DNA of 64,000 nt from NCBI RefSeq assembly GCF_006345805.1, contig NC_043000.1, positions 9,114,001-9,178,000 of the forward strand, written 5' to 3'. The translations under genes were made by a program, and so were the position numbers. The notes under the pieces were generated by a model. That model saw nothing but the letters and a program-made list of their open reading frames with translations, made no database searches and was not told the origin of the DNA. Of the stretch, positions 13,247 through 25,061 are shown piece by piece; position 1 is the stretch's first letter; every line of letters starts with the position of its first letter. This DNA comes from Octopus sinensis. Its lineage: Eukaryota.

Positions 13247-15710
13247 TAACGGGAAGCTTATGAAAATAAACAAAAGACGAAGGCAGGTGGAAAACAAACG
13301 AACAATTGTATTAGTATGGCGCTCAGGAAATAAAATAAACAAGTCTTTAACGTTTCGAGCCTACGCTCTTCAAACAAAAGATACAGAGAGAGAGAAAAAC
13401 ACAGAAAGAAGGAGAGAAAAAAATGCGTGCAGTAGCTAACGAATCAACATGGCGATCTGATTTCGGCCAGAGGTCAAAGATCAAACATGAGACGCGAGAG
13501 CGAAATAAGGGGAGATAATAGGGTTGATAAAAGGGTTGAGTGACCAGCTAAAAGTGCGTGGGAGGGGTCTGGGATTGGATGTGTGTATGTATGGGTTGGT
13601 GTATGTATTAGTATGTATACGGGTGTGTGTGTGTGTGGTGTGTGTGTGTATGTAAGAGAGTATTAGTGCGTGAGATTGGTCTGGACGTGCGTATGTATGG
13701 GGTGGTGTAGTATTAGTATGTATTAGTATGTATTAGTACGTATTGGTATGTATAGTGTGTGTGTGGTGTGTGTGAGAGAGTATAAGTGCGTATGCGGGGT
13801 CTGGACGTGTGTATGTATAGGGTTGGTGTAAGTATTAGTATGTACTAGTATGTATTAGTCGTATTAGTATGTATTAGTTGGTGTGTGTATTAGTATGGCA
13901 CACATATGTGATGTGATGGTGTAAAGTCATGTGTGTGTAGAGGGGGAGAGAGAGGGAGAAGAGGGGGGAAGAGAGAGTGGGGGAGAGAGGGGGGAGGAGA
14001 AGAAGAGGGGGAGGAGGAGAAGGGGGAAGAGGGAGACGCTGGGGGGAGAGGAAGGTGAGGAGGGGGATGAAGAGGAAAAGAGGGAGAGGGGGAGAGAGAG
14101 AGAAGGGGAGAGAGGGAGTGAGGGAGCAGAGGGAAGGGGAAGAGGGAGGGAGAAAGGGGAAGAAGGGAGGGGAGTAGGGGTGAAAGGATGAAGGATGAAG
14201 AAGTAGGGGTCGGGGGGAGAAAGGATAGGTGAGGAGGGGGGGAGAGGGGGGTTAGATGAGGAGGGGGGGAGAGTTGAGACCAAATGGCGTATAAGAGCGA
14301 AGAGAGAAGATTAATTCCTGTTCACGGCGCAACGGGAATCCGGATGGCCTCTGTGTAAGGACAAACCGAACACAGATAGGTGTTGCAAGGAGTGCACGGG
14401 TGACCGGTGGAGGGAAATGGCGTGAGACCGGTGTGTGTCGTTCGCAAGGTGGATGTCACGAAGGTGTTCCGCGAACCGGTCAGCCAAGCGGCGTCCCGTT
14501 TGTCCGATGTACAAGGAATTGCAGAGAGAGCAAGAGATGCAATAGAAATAATATGCTGGAGGTGCAGGTGAAGGAGTGGATGATGGGATAGGGTCGATGG
14601 TGGGTGCTAGTGAGGCGGGTGGTGTTGGAGAGGTAAGGGCAAGTGCGGCAACGTGGGCGGGAGCAGGGGAACGAGCCGGGTTGGGAGGTAGGGTCAGGGA
14701 GGAGCTATGGACCAAAAGGTCTCGAAGGTTGTGGGCTCGTTTGAAAGAGGGGAGGGGCGCGGTTAGGGAAGAGGTGTGAAGTGGACGGGTCGGACTGGAG
14801 ATGACGGAAAGCTCGAAGAATGCTGCGTTGGTGCGTTGGAGACGTAGGGTCGTGGGGTGGTAAGTGAGGGGAAAAGGGAGGCGGGAGACTACAGGGCGGG
14901 TTCGGGGAGAGAGAGCAGATACACGGTCCACGGACCGTGCTCTGGCAAGGGCGGGTGTGGATAGTGGTGAGGGGGTATCCACGTAGGGTGAAGTGGTGAG
15001 CCATACGTTGAGACTGAGTCTCAAAGTCATGGTCGTCACTACAGAGCCTACGTAGACGGAGGAATTGGGAATAGGGGATGAAAGCTTGGTATGTTCTGGG
15101 TGGGAGGAAGAGAAGTTGAGGTATGAGTGTGAGTCTGTGTGTTTGTAGTGAATGGAGGTGGTAAGAGTGGAGTGAAGAATGCTAACCGAAATGTCGAGGA
15201 AGGAGACAGAGGTGTTGGAGATAGTGGAAGTGAAGTGGAGGGCTGGATGGAAAGATTGGACGAAAGAGAGGAAGGAATTAGATGTTCGCGGGAGGGGAGA
15301 GTGAGGTGGCACCGATAATGTCGTCAATATAACGACCATATAGTTCAGGAGTGGGACCAGTGAAATTAGAGAATATTTGGGCCTCAACATAGCCAACGAA
15401 CAGGTTCGCATAGTTGGGGCCCATTCGCGTTCCCATGGCCACTCCCGAGACCTGATGGTAGAACTCGCCCGAACGAGAAGCAGTTCAGAGTAAGGACAAG
15501 TTCGGCCAGACGAATGAGTGTGGAGGTGTCAGGTACAGGGTTAGAGCGGAGGTCAGAAAGTGTCGAAGGGCCTGCAGTCCTTCGTGGTGAGGATAACGTT
15601 ATAGAGGCTTTGGATGTCCATAGTAAAAAGGATTTTGGAGGAGCCGGGAGGAAAGGAGAAAGAGTTGAAAAGCCGGAGAGCATGGTTGGTATCGTGGATG
15701 TGGGAGGGAA
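13247..15710 (-). mobile_element. Penelope-like element 1 (RT + GIY-YIG endonuclease, frameshifted, 5'-truncated) with long 3' UTR and pseudo-LTR
   Basis: Reverse strand gives LFTMDIQSLY (~15610), GVAMGTRMGPNYANLFVG (~15400-15450), GRYIDD (~15325-15340), FLDISV, HYKHTDSHSYL and YCISCSLCNSLYIGQTGRRLADRFAEH. The terminal 13247-13460 repeat matches solo copies at 43637 and ~51085. Confidence 0.92.
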
Positions 15711-15796
15711 TATATATGTATATAGATATTATATATTATATATATATATATATATATACATATATATACATATATATACATATATATATATATATA

Positions 15797-16346
15797 CAGT
15801 GGAAAAAACCCTTCTTTCAGACCATGACATGGTTCTCTGTAACATGAAATTCCACCAGCCGAAAGCTAATCCTAGTGACCTCCCTCCAGCCCACCCATTT
15901 GACAACATGGATCTCCATAATGCCAACTGGGATGCAATCAGGAACGAGCTATCACATCAGCAATCCTGATATGGCCGATCTGGGCTGTATCAGTGATGTC
16001 AACCCCCAACACACTATATCGGACATAACGTTTAGTGCCCCTGATGTCTTAGCGGCGATGCACAATTATTTCACCTCAATTGGCCCCGCTCTCTTTAACA
16101 TTACACCAAAACACATTAAAACAGAACTGACCCTATAGGGTTCAAGAAGTCTTGGACAGATTCCTTCAAGAAATCCCGGATAAACCCCCTACACCCGGAT
16201 ATGTCTCTGTAAACAATAACTCTCTACTTGAGTGGGGCATAGTGCCCAAATTCTGACTTGAAAGACTTCACCAGGTGGTTGCTATTAAGTTAGACATGGC
16301 CTGGGCCAATAATGGCCGAACCTATCAAAGTATCAAAGTATCAAAG

Positions 16347-16348
<2 letters not shown>
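15797..16348 (+). mobile_element. CR1/L2-group LINE derivative with two internal deletions and intact 3' tail
   Basis: Three blocks align to separate parts of the 31615-34495 element: endonuclease end (VEKTLLSDHDMVLC...NWDAI), linker (ISDVNPQHTISDITF) and C-terminus (HNYFTSIGPALFN...IPDKPPTPGYVS). They are followed by the 3' UTR motif and (TATCAAAG)x3. Confidence 0.88.
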
Positions 16349-16417
<69 letters not shown>

Positions 16418-17490
16418 ATATATATTACATATAAATATATACCGCATATGCTCGAGTAATAGTTGAAGACGCTTGTCTAAGGTGTTGCGCAGTAAAACTG
16501 AACCCGAAATCACGCGCTTGTAAAACGAACTTCTTTACCACGTAGCTATGTCTGCGCCGAAGAATTTTGGGAATGTTCAGTAAAAATAAATAAATAAAAT
16601 AACGAAATGTAGAATAGAATTCAATATTTATTTGTTTTGATATGAATAAATAAAAGCCATATTGGAAGCTTCTGCTTTCATGATGAGATAAAATGACAGT
16701 AGTCAGTACTTCATGATATAAACAAGAGATGTCAAAAGAATCGAATATATTCGAAATTATTCTAGCCATTTCCACGAATTAAAGACGATCGAAATTCATA
16801 CACCGGTGTATTTTTACTTATCTTTAATTGTATAATAAAATACATCAATAAATAGATATTCACAGAAGATAAAATTTGTGAAAAGATAGCTTTGAATCAA
16901 TTGGTGAATAGATGCTGTTTTGTTGTTTATCGACTACATTACTCTAGGTATTACGGATGAAAGAGCTGAATTAATGTGATAGTGATATTTAGAAAGATTT
17001 CAGGAACAAAAGCAACAAAAAACAAGTAGAGGTACGATATAATTACTTTTGTGTAATGTAATGATAAACAGGAGAATTCAACATTTCGGATTGTGGTCCT
17101 TCGTCAAATATGTAAGAGCTAAAGTCGTTTGATATAGTGTACTCCTGATTAGCAAAATTGCATTTTACTTAATCTGTATGACCGTAATTATTCCTAGTAA
17201 TTATTGCATAATTCAAAGTGTATGAAATTCTGACTCAGACTGATCGATGAAGAATATCAAAAGGAAGTGAATACTTTATGAGCAATAATGCAGATGGCTG
17301 CTATATATATATATATATATAAAAAGTGGCTTGGTCTGGATTTTGCGTACATTTAATTTGCGTATGCACATGCAAAACAGTGTAAATGAAGAACGTTTTA
17401 TTCTTGTTATATTACATATTCCATATATAAGATAAAACCTACTTGGAAGAGGATGCGTGGCATTTAATCATATAATAATATAAATAAATT

Positions 17491-17521
<31 letters not shown>

Positions 17522-17527
<6 letters not shown>

Positions 17528-17750
17528 TACGTATATTTACATACTTACATCTATACGTATATATATGTGCATATGTGGGCACAGAACGTCACGAAACGTG
17601 TACAACAAAAAAGTACGAAGTACGAGTACATGGAACATGAACTATTCTTTCGAACAACAAAAGACACAGATGGAAAACAAAACAAACAACATAAAGGACG
17701 ACCCTTCGTCAATTGTTCGCTGTTTTTCTAGTCTCGTATTTCGAGCACAC
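17522..17750 (-). repeat. Penelope pseudo-LTR-like repeat, family B
   Basis: Homologous by eye to 50205-50392, 23600-23830 and the arms of 18685-19155. Reverse strand has GCTCGAAATACGAGA...TTGACGAAGGG. Confidence 0.6.
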
Positions 17751-17751
17751 A

Positions 17752-18602
17752 CCGTACTTCAATAGCTGCAGGAAGTGCAGATTATGCCTGGCTGAGAAGA
17801 GAGTGATTTTAAAAGATACCCAACGCCCGGATGTTTACCTGAATAGTAAGAGTAAGGTGGTTAATGCTTGCCCGCATGAAAGGAAGTACATTCTATCGCA
17901 CCTGCGCGCTCCACCATGACTGCAACCACAAGTTCCTTGCCTCGACCTTCTGCAAACGACCTTCCACCAATGCCCTTGAGCCCGACAAAAAAGAGTTTTG
18001 ACCAAAGCACACACCAAGGCACCCATGTACACACATGCATACAATCCTATAAGGCGGATACCCCACAAACTAAACCAACCCGAATACATACTCTTTCACA
18101 TAAATTATACCCCAATATATATACACAGATCCCCCACATATCGCACGCTAACATACCCTCCATACACACACATTACACACCGCACGCTAATAACCCCCAC
18201 ACACCACGGTTTTATGCTTTATAGAAAGAAAACAGACCAACGAACACAACTATATATACCTGTACCCCCGGAAAATATTATACATATGACATACCGCTAC
18301 ACATCCCCACAGGAGCACCACATTAATAATACACTTCCCCCACTTCAAGATAACTTTTGACGGCTTCACAGCATACCCAACCAAGTGTCATAACTCATAA
18401 ACTAATCTTCTGGCCTCTTTTCGTTCCATCACCTTTTTCACAGCAACCGTTGACCGGTTATACTAATCCACCTCCGACAATCGAGAGCAGTCGCTATATT
18501 CCGTTCTATAAATTCTGATGAGCGTGAAGTTATATAATCGGTTTGTTACCTAACATTCCATTGTATTCTTTATGCGAAACGATTGATAAGGCCAGCCGTG
18601 AT

Positions 18603-18605
<3 letters not shown>
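17752..18605 (+). mobile_element. Penelope-like element 3: GIY-YIG C-terminal fragment plus 3' UTR
   Basis: PYFNSCRKCRLCLAEKRVIL...YLNSKSKVVNACPHERKYIL matches the CxLCLxEK...LNxxxE...CxH tail of Penelope endonucleases. A C-rich UTR follows, ending in CTGATGA at 18515. Confidence 0.72.
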
Positions 18606-18656
<51 letters not shown>

Positions 18657-18684
18657 TACACACAATTATATATAACAAATAATA

Positions 18685-19155
18685 ATAAAAAAATATGCAT
18701 ATATACATACATATATGTACGTACCTACGTCTACATGTATATATACGTGCATATATGGGTACAGGACACCAAAAAAAAAACGTCGAACACAATGAGAAAC
18801 GAAAACATAAACACAAAACCAAGGAAATGGACATTTTTCTTAAACATCGAAAAAAATAGAGTACAGGACATACAAAACAAGGAAAATTCCCCTTCTTCAG
18901 TCGCCATTGTTTCATCTACTCCGCGTTACAGAGGCGACTGAAGAAGGAGAATTTTCCTTGTATTGTATGTCCTGTAGTCTATTTTTTTCGATGTTTAAGA
19001 AAAATGTCCATTTCCTTGGTTTTGTGTTTATGTTTTCGTTTCTCATTGTGTTCGACGTTTTCTTTGGTGTTCTGTACCCATATATGCACGTATATATAAA
19101 TGTAGACGTAGGTACGTACATATATGTATGTATATATGCATATGTTTTATTTATT
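18685..19155. repeat. Long inverted repeat (~220-bp arms, 27-bp spacer) of pseudo-LTR family B
   Basis: Left arm ends CTTCTTCAGTCGCC at 18905 and right arm starts GGCGACTGAAGAAG at 18933. The arms are reverse complements with a few mismatches. Confidence 0.93.
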
Positions 19156-19205
19156 TATTTATATATTGACTGAACGCACGCATCCATTTCTAAGTAAGTT
19201 TTATC

Positions 19206-19244
<39 letters not shown>

Positions 19245-19249
<5 letters not shown>

Positions 19250-22072
19250 ACGAAAAGAAAATATAAAATACACGTGGAAATGTAAGGGTAAAATATGAAA
19301 AATCAACGAAAATGCATATTGCAGATAGAAAAAGGCTATTTATGACAGGTAGTGACAAATATATACTTTAGATTGACTGAGGTAGTAATACGAGTCATAA
19401 AGGTCATTATTATGAGATGATTATAAGATGATAATAATAATAAAGTAAGAGGACAAAACGAACCAATTGGTTTACGCGAAGAGAAAAAAGATTATTTGTA
19501 AGGGAGGTAAGTAGTTCTGGAATTAGAGATGTGAGTGATGTAGATAGTGTATAGGGTTTAGTGGTTTAAATTGAAGAGTTAGTGGTGTTCTGTATTGAGT
19601 TGTGTGTTCATATTTATTTGGGGGAGAAATTTGTTGATGAAAAATGCCTCTTTATTCAACCTTTGTTGCATTGTGGTGTTCTGTGAGCATTGGTAAAAGG
19701 GAAATATTTGGAAATTGGGATTAAGATTCCTGGCACATCTTTCTATGTGTTCACTCACCTTTAACTGTCTGTATTGTGGGTGACGGATTTGCTCTTTGTG
19801 AAGGGTGATTCTTTGACGGAGCTAAATTCCTGTTCGTCCAATATAGAGTTTACCACATCCTATGCGTGTCATGACATAGATTACATTTGCTGAGGCGCAG
19901 GTGAAATTTGATTTGATCCTAAATATTTCTCCTTGTTTGAATTGGAATTCTGAACCCTCCAGAAGGTGGGGGCATGTTCCACAGTTAGAACGTCCACATT
20001 TTGTCACTTTTGGCTCAGTAGTTAGTGGGTAAAGTCTAGCGCTGGTTAATATTCTTTTCAGTGACTTCGGTTGCTTTTTGCTTTTTATAATTTTATATGA
20101 GCTTAAAATTTCGTTCATTGTTTTGTCTGCTGTGAGGATGGGAAGGTTTTGGGTGATGATGTTGAAGGCTTCGTTGTTTCTGGGGTTATGTGTGGAGATG
20201 TACGGGAGTATTTTTAAGTCTTGCTTAGTATTTCGGCTAGTTTTCCTTAATCTTTGTATATCTATTCCCTTAGCTCTTTTGATGCCCTCATTTACTAATG
20301 AGATTGGGTAGTGTCTTTTAGTTAGTGTAGATCTAAGTTCAAAGAGTTTATGTTCACGAGTGTACGTATCGGAAACTATGGTGCAGATTCTTTTAGCTAG
20401 GTTAAAGGGTATGTTGATTTTTATGTGTTTGGGGTGGCAGGAGTTAAATAATAGGTATTGTTTAGAATCTGTGGGTTTATAAAAGATGTCTGTTTCTATG
20501 TGGTTGTTAACTATTCTAATTAAGATGTCTAGAAAATGTAGTTGCTTACTGTTGTGTTCCATAGTGAATTGTATATTGCTGTGTATGTTGTTGAGCATTC
20601 TTTTGAAATCAAGGAGTTGATCCATTGCCAAAGTATGAAGCAATCATCTAAATATCTCTTCCATTTCTCCTTTAAGTAGCAATTGAAAGAGGCGCCATAT
20701 TTTTCTAGTGATGATTGGTATAATTTAAGTTCGTGGTAACCCATTACGAGGTTTGCAATCACTGGAGCAGCTCTGGTCCCCATTGCAATTCCGCATTCTG
20801 TCGATAGTAAGTAGTATCGAACAATAAATGATTGTTCAACAGGACGAATTTCAGTTCTTCAATTATAAAATTGTGGTTAATTCGTCCTGGGATCTCTTCT
20901 GGGTATTTTTCTAGTCAGAATGTGATTGTTTCTATACCATAGTCATGTGGGATATTAGTGTATAGATTCACCACATCGATTCACCAGTAGAGTTCCGTCC
21001 TTTACTGTCTTCGGGAGGTGGTTCAGCATGTCTAGGTCATCCCTGATATAGCTTTTCACATATTTTAAAAGAGGTTTGAGTAATATGTCAAGGAAGTTAC
21101 TCAAACGGTGGGTTTCGCAAGGGCCAGCTATGATGGGTCTGAGTTTGAGGTCAATAGGTGGAGGGACATTAATGCATAGGCTTGTAGAGACTTTGCAGGC
21201 TTCACAAATGAGTGGATTTTTATGTATTTTGGGTAATCCGTACAATAGACTAGGACTGTATTTGAAATTGGATAAATAGTCTATTTCAAGTTTAGTGAGA
21301 CCCTTTCCATGAATGTGGAGCAAGGGAGATAAGTTTTTCAGTGTTTTCTGTGGGTTGTAATATGTTAGTTTCTCATAGTAAGTATTATTTTCCAACATGG
21401 AAAGTATTAAATTTTTGTAGTACGCTGTATCCATAAATACTACCGCACTTCCTTTGTCGGCTTCTTTAATAGTGAGGTTTATGTCATTTTTTAGCTCGAC
21501 AAGGTCTTTCCATTCGTTTAAATTAAGGTTGGATTTGATATGTTGTTTTGGAATGGTACTGTAAGGAAAACAAGTTATGTGATCACAGAAAACATCAAGT
21601 GCTTTATTTCTACATTTTGTAGGATGGTACTCACTTTTGTTTTTCACTATTGAGTCATCTTCACTGGTATAGTTGTGAAGAGCTTCTGTGTGGCGTAATT
21701 TACGGCAGAAGTCCAAAGTATTGTCCTTAATTTCATTTGGGTTCGATCTGCGGGGGGTAGGGGTAAATTTTAGACCTCTTGCTAGGATTTTGATTTGTGT
21801 AGAACTCGGGATTTTCTTTGACAGGTTGATTATTTTCGGTTGGACTTGTTTATTTGTTTCCATTTCACATTTCTGTTTCTCTGGTTGCGTCTAAAAAAGG
21901 TTGTAGTTGTGGATTGTAGTGGAAGGTCTGTATTTTGTTTGGTTTGCTGAGGAAAGGTGGGTGTAAATTGTGTGTCTATGGTAGTATGGTTGTGGTGGAG
22001 TGGTTGTGTGTGTACTGGATTATGGTTGGACTGAGGATTGTTATATCGTCTGTGGCTGATGTAGTCTGGGTT
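19245..22072 (-). mobile_element. Penelope-like element 2 (near-complete ORF with frameshifts: N-terminal region, RT, GIY-YIG)
   Basis: IINLSK...LARGLKFTPTP (21863-21750), LYGLPKIHK, LRPIIAG, AMGTRAAP, KRYLDDCF (~20641-20660), FLDILI, FYKPTDSKQYL and NVIYVMTRIGCGKLYIGRTG (~19825-19885). Confidence 0.95.
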
Positions 22073-22102
22073 ATATATATATATATATATATATATCTAT
22101 AA

Positions 22103-22135
<33 letters not shown>

Positions 22136-22140
<5 letters not shown>

Positions 22141-22503
22141 GTAAATATGCCATTTGAATATGGCTAACCCCTAAGGGTGGATGCTACTGTAGTTTTTAGC
22201 CCAGGAAGACTCCCTCCAGCTGGCTATAGGACACACTTTCTGTGCCCATCAGTATTTGCAAAGGGAAGCCATACTTCCCGTCTTCAACTTATGATACACA
22301 CGGACCCGAGTTTCAAGGTATTGACCTATCATCAGCGTGTGACAATCACAGTTGTCGATAGGAAGGAGGTTCTCTTTGCAAATACTGATAGGGCACAGAA
22401 AATGTGCCTATAGCCAGCTGGAGGAGGTGTCTTCCTGGGCTAAAAACTACAGTAGCATCCACCCTTAGGGGTTAGCCATATTCAAATGGCATATTTACAT
22501 CAC
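22136..22503. mobile_element. MITE-like fold-back element with ~132-bp terminal inverted arms
   Basis: GTGATGTAAATATGCCATTTGAATATGGCTAACCCCTAAGGGTGG... at the left is mirrored by ...CCACCCTTAGGGGTTAGCCATATTCAAATGGCATATTTACATCAC at the right, with a ~100-bp spacer. Confidence 0.85.
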
Positions 22504-22557
22504 GATGTGTTTCTGCTACTGTTGATAACTCACTCTGATATTTATCATTCTATATAT

Positions 22558-22592
<35 letters not shown>

Positions 22593-22615
22593 TATATCTA
22601 TATATATATAGTATG

Positions 22616-22649
<34 letters not shown>

Positions 22650-22819
22650 TGTATGTATATAGTTTAACAATGCATGTTTTCATTTATTATTAAAAGTACG
22701 CAAAACACAGCAGACGTTTATTAACATATTGAGTTTACATATACTCTGTGTGACTCTACTCTTTCACCTTTTCTTTCTCGCCATGTTACTTCTATTTCTA
22801 GTCGGTCCACGTTCCCGTT

Positions 22820-22854
<35 letters not shown>

Positions 22855-23599
22855 CTCTCTCTCTCTCTCTTGCTCTCTCTCCCTTTCTCCTCTGCATGCT
22901 TTTGTCACGTGACCTGTGGCCAGTTTTCCTTCATTTTCTCTTTCTCACAGTTTTTCATAATTCTCTGTTTCTCACAAAACAACTTTCTCCGTCTTGCTAT
23001 TTACTGTTGTCTCTATATCTCTAAGTATTTTTCTAAGCGTTACCCACCACTCTTGTCTTTTGGCCGCAAGGCCGTATTTTGCTCGTTTCGCCTTTGCCTA
23101 TCTTCTTGAATTACGTTTTTTAACTTTCGTATGTCCATTCTATGTTGTTTTGTTTGCTTGAGGCCCGATTGCCTGCGTCTTTCGCAGGCACCTCCAAGAT
23201 GGGAAACCCTTCAGTCTTATCATTAAAGATATAAAACTGAGAATCACCATTTTGGTTGATAACTAATGAAGAATTGGGGACCCTCTGTGTCTTATACGTA
23301 TACGTTTTTTATCTGTCGTTGTATATTTCTTTTGCTCGTAGGTTTTAACAAGTCAACATTGACTTCTCCTGTCTCTGGCACTCGATTTTCTGAATTTGCG
23401 CTCCAACGAATTTTTCCACCGTCTAGGCTTAAAAAGGCCCTCAATGTTGGTTCCTTGTCCTGTTTTTATTCTTTATGTGTTCTGTATTTTTATTTGTATT
23501 GCTTTTACGTCCTCTTCTTGTCACTTTTTTCTTTTTTTACCCCTCTGCAAAAGAATTTTATTTAATTCATTTTGCAGGAAGGACTGCTTCGGCTGGATC

Positions 23600-23830
23600 G
23601 TGTTCTGCCCTTACCCTCGAAACACGCAATGAGTCGAACCAGGGGCAGCTGGTGAAGGGGAATATTCCTTGTATTGTTTGTCTTGTACTCTGTTTTTTCG
23701 TTGTTAAAAAAAGTCCGTTTCCTTGTTTGATTTTATGTTTTGGTTTCTCGTTGTGTTCTACGTTTATTTGTGGTGTCCTGTACTCATATATATATATGTA
23801 TATACTCTCTTAAAGGTATGCACGTATATA
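23600..23830 (+). repeat. Penelope pseudo-LTR-like repeat, family B
   Basis: CTGGTGAAGGGGAATATTCCTTGTATTGTTTGTCTTGTACTCTGTTTTTTCG aligns with the 18938 arm. Confidence 0.7.
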
Positions 23831-23869
23831 TATGTATGCATATGTTTTATTTGTTAAATTGTTATTATA

Positions 23870-23905
<36 letters not shown>

Positions 23906-23912
23906 CCACACA

Positions 23913-23989
<77 letters not shown>

Positions 23990-24388
23990 CTCTCTTTTAC
24001 TCTCATTTACTTGTTTCAGTCATTTGACTGCGGCCATGCTGGAGCACCGCCTTTAATCGAGCAACTCGACACCGGGACTTATTATTTTGTAAGCCCAGTA
24101 CTTATTCTATCGGTCTCTTTAGTCGAACCGCTAAGTAACGGAGACATAAATACACCAGCATCGGTTGTCAAGCAATGCTAGGGGGGACAAACACAGACAC
24201 ACAAACACACACACGGATATATATACATACATATATACGACGGGCTTCTTTCAGTTTCCGTCTACCAAATCCACTCACAAGGCTTTGGTCGGCCGAGGCT
24301 ATAGTAGAAGACACTTGCCCAGGTGCCATCCAGTGGGACTGAACCCGGAACCATGTGGTTGGTAAAGAAGCTACTTACCACACAGCCA
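23990..24388 (-). mobile_element. SINE family A, full length
   Basis: Same head, CORE-like block, internal microsatellite and 3' block as 4626-5025. Confidence 0.9.
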
Positions 24389-24399
24389 TCATATGTATG

Positions 24400-24435
<36 letters not shown>

Positions 24436-24481
24436 AAGTATATATGTATGTATATATATGTATATCTATATATATATATAG

Positions 24482-24525
<44 letters not shown>

Positions 24526-24544
24526 CATATGTATATATATACAT

Positions 24545-24588
<44 letters not shown>

Positions 24589-24760
24589 CATACATATCTA
24601 TATATATACATACATATATATATATTATATATACACATACATATATATATGTGTATGTCTGTATATGTATGTATAATGCACATATATATGTATGTATATA
24701 TATATATATACATACATACTTACATACATGCATACATACATACATACATACATACATACA

Positions 24761-24792
<32 letters not shown>

Positions 24793-25061
24793 CATATACA
24801 TGCATGTCTGTCTATATATATATTATATATATAAGTTAGAGGTTATGCAACCGTCTAAGGGATAAATGTATCCGTAGGCCTTGCTATAAAGTTAACAGTA
24901 GTTGGTAGTTTAAATGGTAAAACTGTGGTTTAATATATTCACATAAGAAAAGAAATGAAGCAACAATTAACAATTAGAAGCTGATCACTGGTATTAAAAA
25001 GTCACAGTTTAATTGTAGTTCAAGAACATTAAAAGACGTATACATATATAGATATCTATAG

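Noticed and set aside
18685-19155. Possible A-to-I editing imprint between palindrome arms
   Set aside because: The arm differences I could read are a mix of substitution types with no A-to-G excess.
22380-22415. CTGATAG-GGCAC..GTGCC in the MITE arm as a possible hammerhead
   Set aside because: The core is not CUGANGA and there is no GAAA after the stem.
23605-23665. Apparent permuted (type II) hammerhead: CTCGAAAC...GTC...CTGGTGAAGGGG, also at 17700 and 50345
   Set aside because: No stem I hairpin can form between the cleavage triplet and CUGANGA in any of the three copies. It is more simply a truncated type I motif followed by a partial repeat.
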